Positions 38,660-39,370 of a DNA stretch of 39,370 bases are shown here, one piece after another; positions within the stretch are counted from its first letter, which is position 1, and the number at the start of each line of letters is the position of its first letter. Source of the stretch: Octopus bimaculoides. Its lineage: Eukaryota. The notes under the pieces were generated by a model. It was not told the origin of the DNA. It worked only from the letters and a program-made list of their open reading frames with translations, and did no database searches. The translations under genes were made by a program, and so were the position numbers. The stretch lies in contig NC_068993.1 of assembly GCF_001194135.2 (NCBI RefSeq), positions 10,902,668-10,942,037 of the forward strand. The letters are read 5' to 3'.

Positions 38660-39120
38660 AGGCATCCGTCTGCCATTAATGTCCTTGGATGACAGCCTCT
38701 GTTGTCGCCCTACTGAAACAGCTAGGATACAAGCGTGAGCAGAATGCGATGGAGAACAGGTTGTTACCCACGCAGCGTCGTCTTTCTCTCCATCTTACTG
38801 ATAGATCCAAAGAAAGAGCTCAGCCGACACAATTTAGCACCAGCATCGTAACAGGAGTTGTCAGAACGAGATTGTAGATAACGTCGAACTGCTCCCGGTG
38901 CTCTGAATCCCAAATTTTATCCTCAGGGTTTAGTCCCGAAGCCTTTGCCATGGCTAGATACAGCCACATAGCAGTGGAACTTTGGAATCCGGATTTTCCT
39001 CCTTTCAGATGGGTTGCACCACGAGGCTGACGAGCTCTAATTTGCCTGACTGACTTGCTAATTAGTCAATAGTCCAGACAGAAATTAGCACGGGCCCTTG
39101 GAAATTTTGGGTTGGAGTTC
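38660..39120 (-). mobile_element. possible degenerate RTE-type LINE 5' region
   Basis: A GC-richer non-repetitive block. The plus strand GGATTTTCCTCCTTTCAGATGGGTTGCACCACGAGGCTGACGAGCTC resembles the reverse complement of RTE 5' UTR sequence as I recall it. No ORF motif was confirmed and boundaries are approximate. Confidence 0.4.
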
Positions 39121-39285
39121 GGCGTGATGGAAGACCCCTGGGAGTGAGGCACATCTGAGCACTTGTTAAAGCTTGTCTCTAGAATCCGTTTCAAATCCAG
39201 GCTACATCTGCTCCGATAATCGGCGGTGATTTAGTCAGCGAATCCTCTTCGACGGTCGACAATCGACAACAAGATGAACTGCCAC

Positions 39286-39313
39286 GGTAGACGGAAACTG
39301 AAAAAAGCCCGCC

Positions 39314-39365
<52 letters not shown>

Positions 39366-39370
39366 ATATG
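39286..39370 (+). mobile_element. family A SINE internal fragment running into (TA)n
   Basis: GGTAGACGGAAACTGAAAAAAGCCCGCCGTGTATATA matches 27602-27633. Confidence 0.7.

Overview
AT-rich, microsatellite-saturated eukaryotic DNA with about 6.5 kb of N gaps. The repeat content resembles cephalopod (Octopus-like) intergenic or intronic sequence; this is pattern recognition, not a database result. No intact cellular gene is supportable, and nearly all listed ORFs are translations of simple repeats or gaps. Supportable content: four tRNA-headed SINE families (called A-D here), a disabled Tx1/L1-clade LINE fragment (ORF1 tail plus APE endonuclease), a CR1/L2-like 3' end, a possible RTE-like remnant, two long fold-back elements and several assembly duplications. 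The main unannotated signal is a set of minimal type-I hammerhead-ribozyme-like motifs of the Penelope-like-element kind, found by hand-folding in six different repeat contexts. Most have a palindromic or near-palindromic helix III, as in dimer-cleaving hammerheads. They include one intact core, one natural G3-C8 compensatory core swap, one CUGUUGA variant and one inside a tRNA-headed SINE. Four of the contexts have an inverted duplication on the 5' side. No activity is demonstrated; all structures need computational and biochemical checks.
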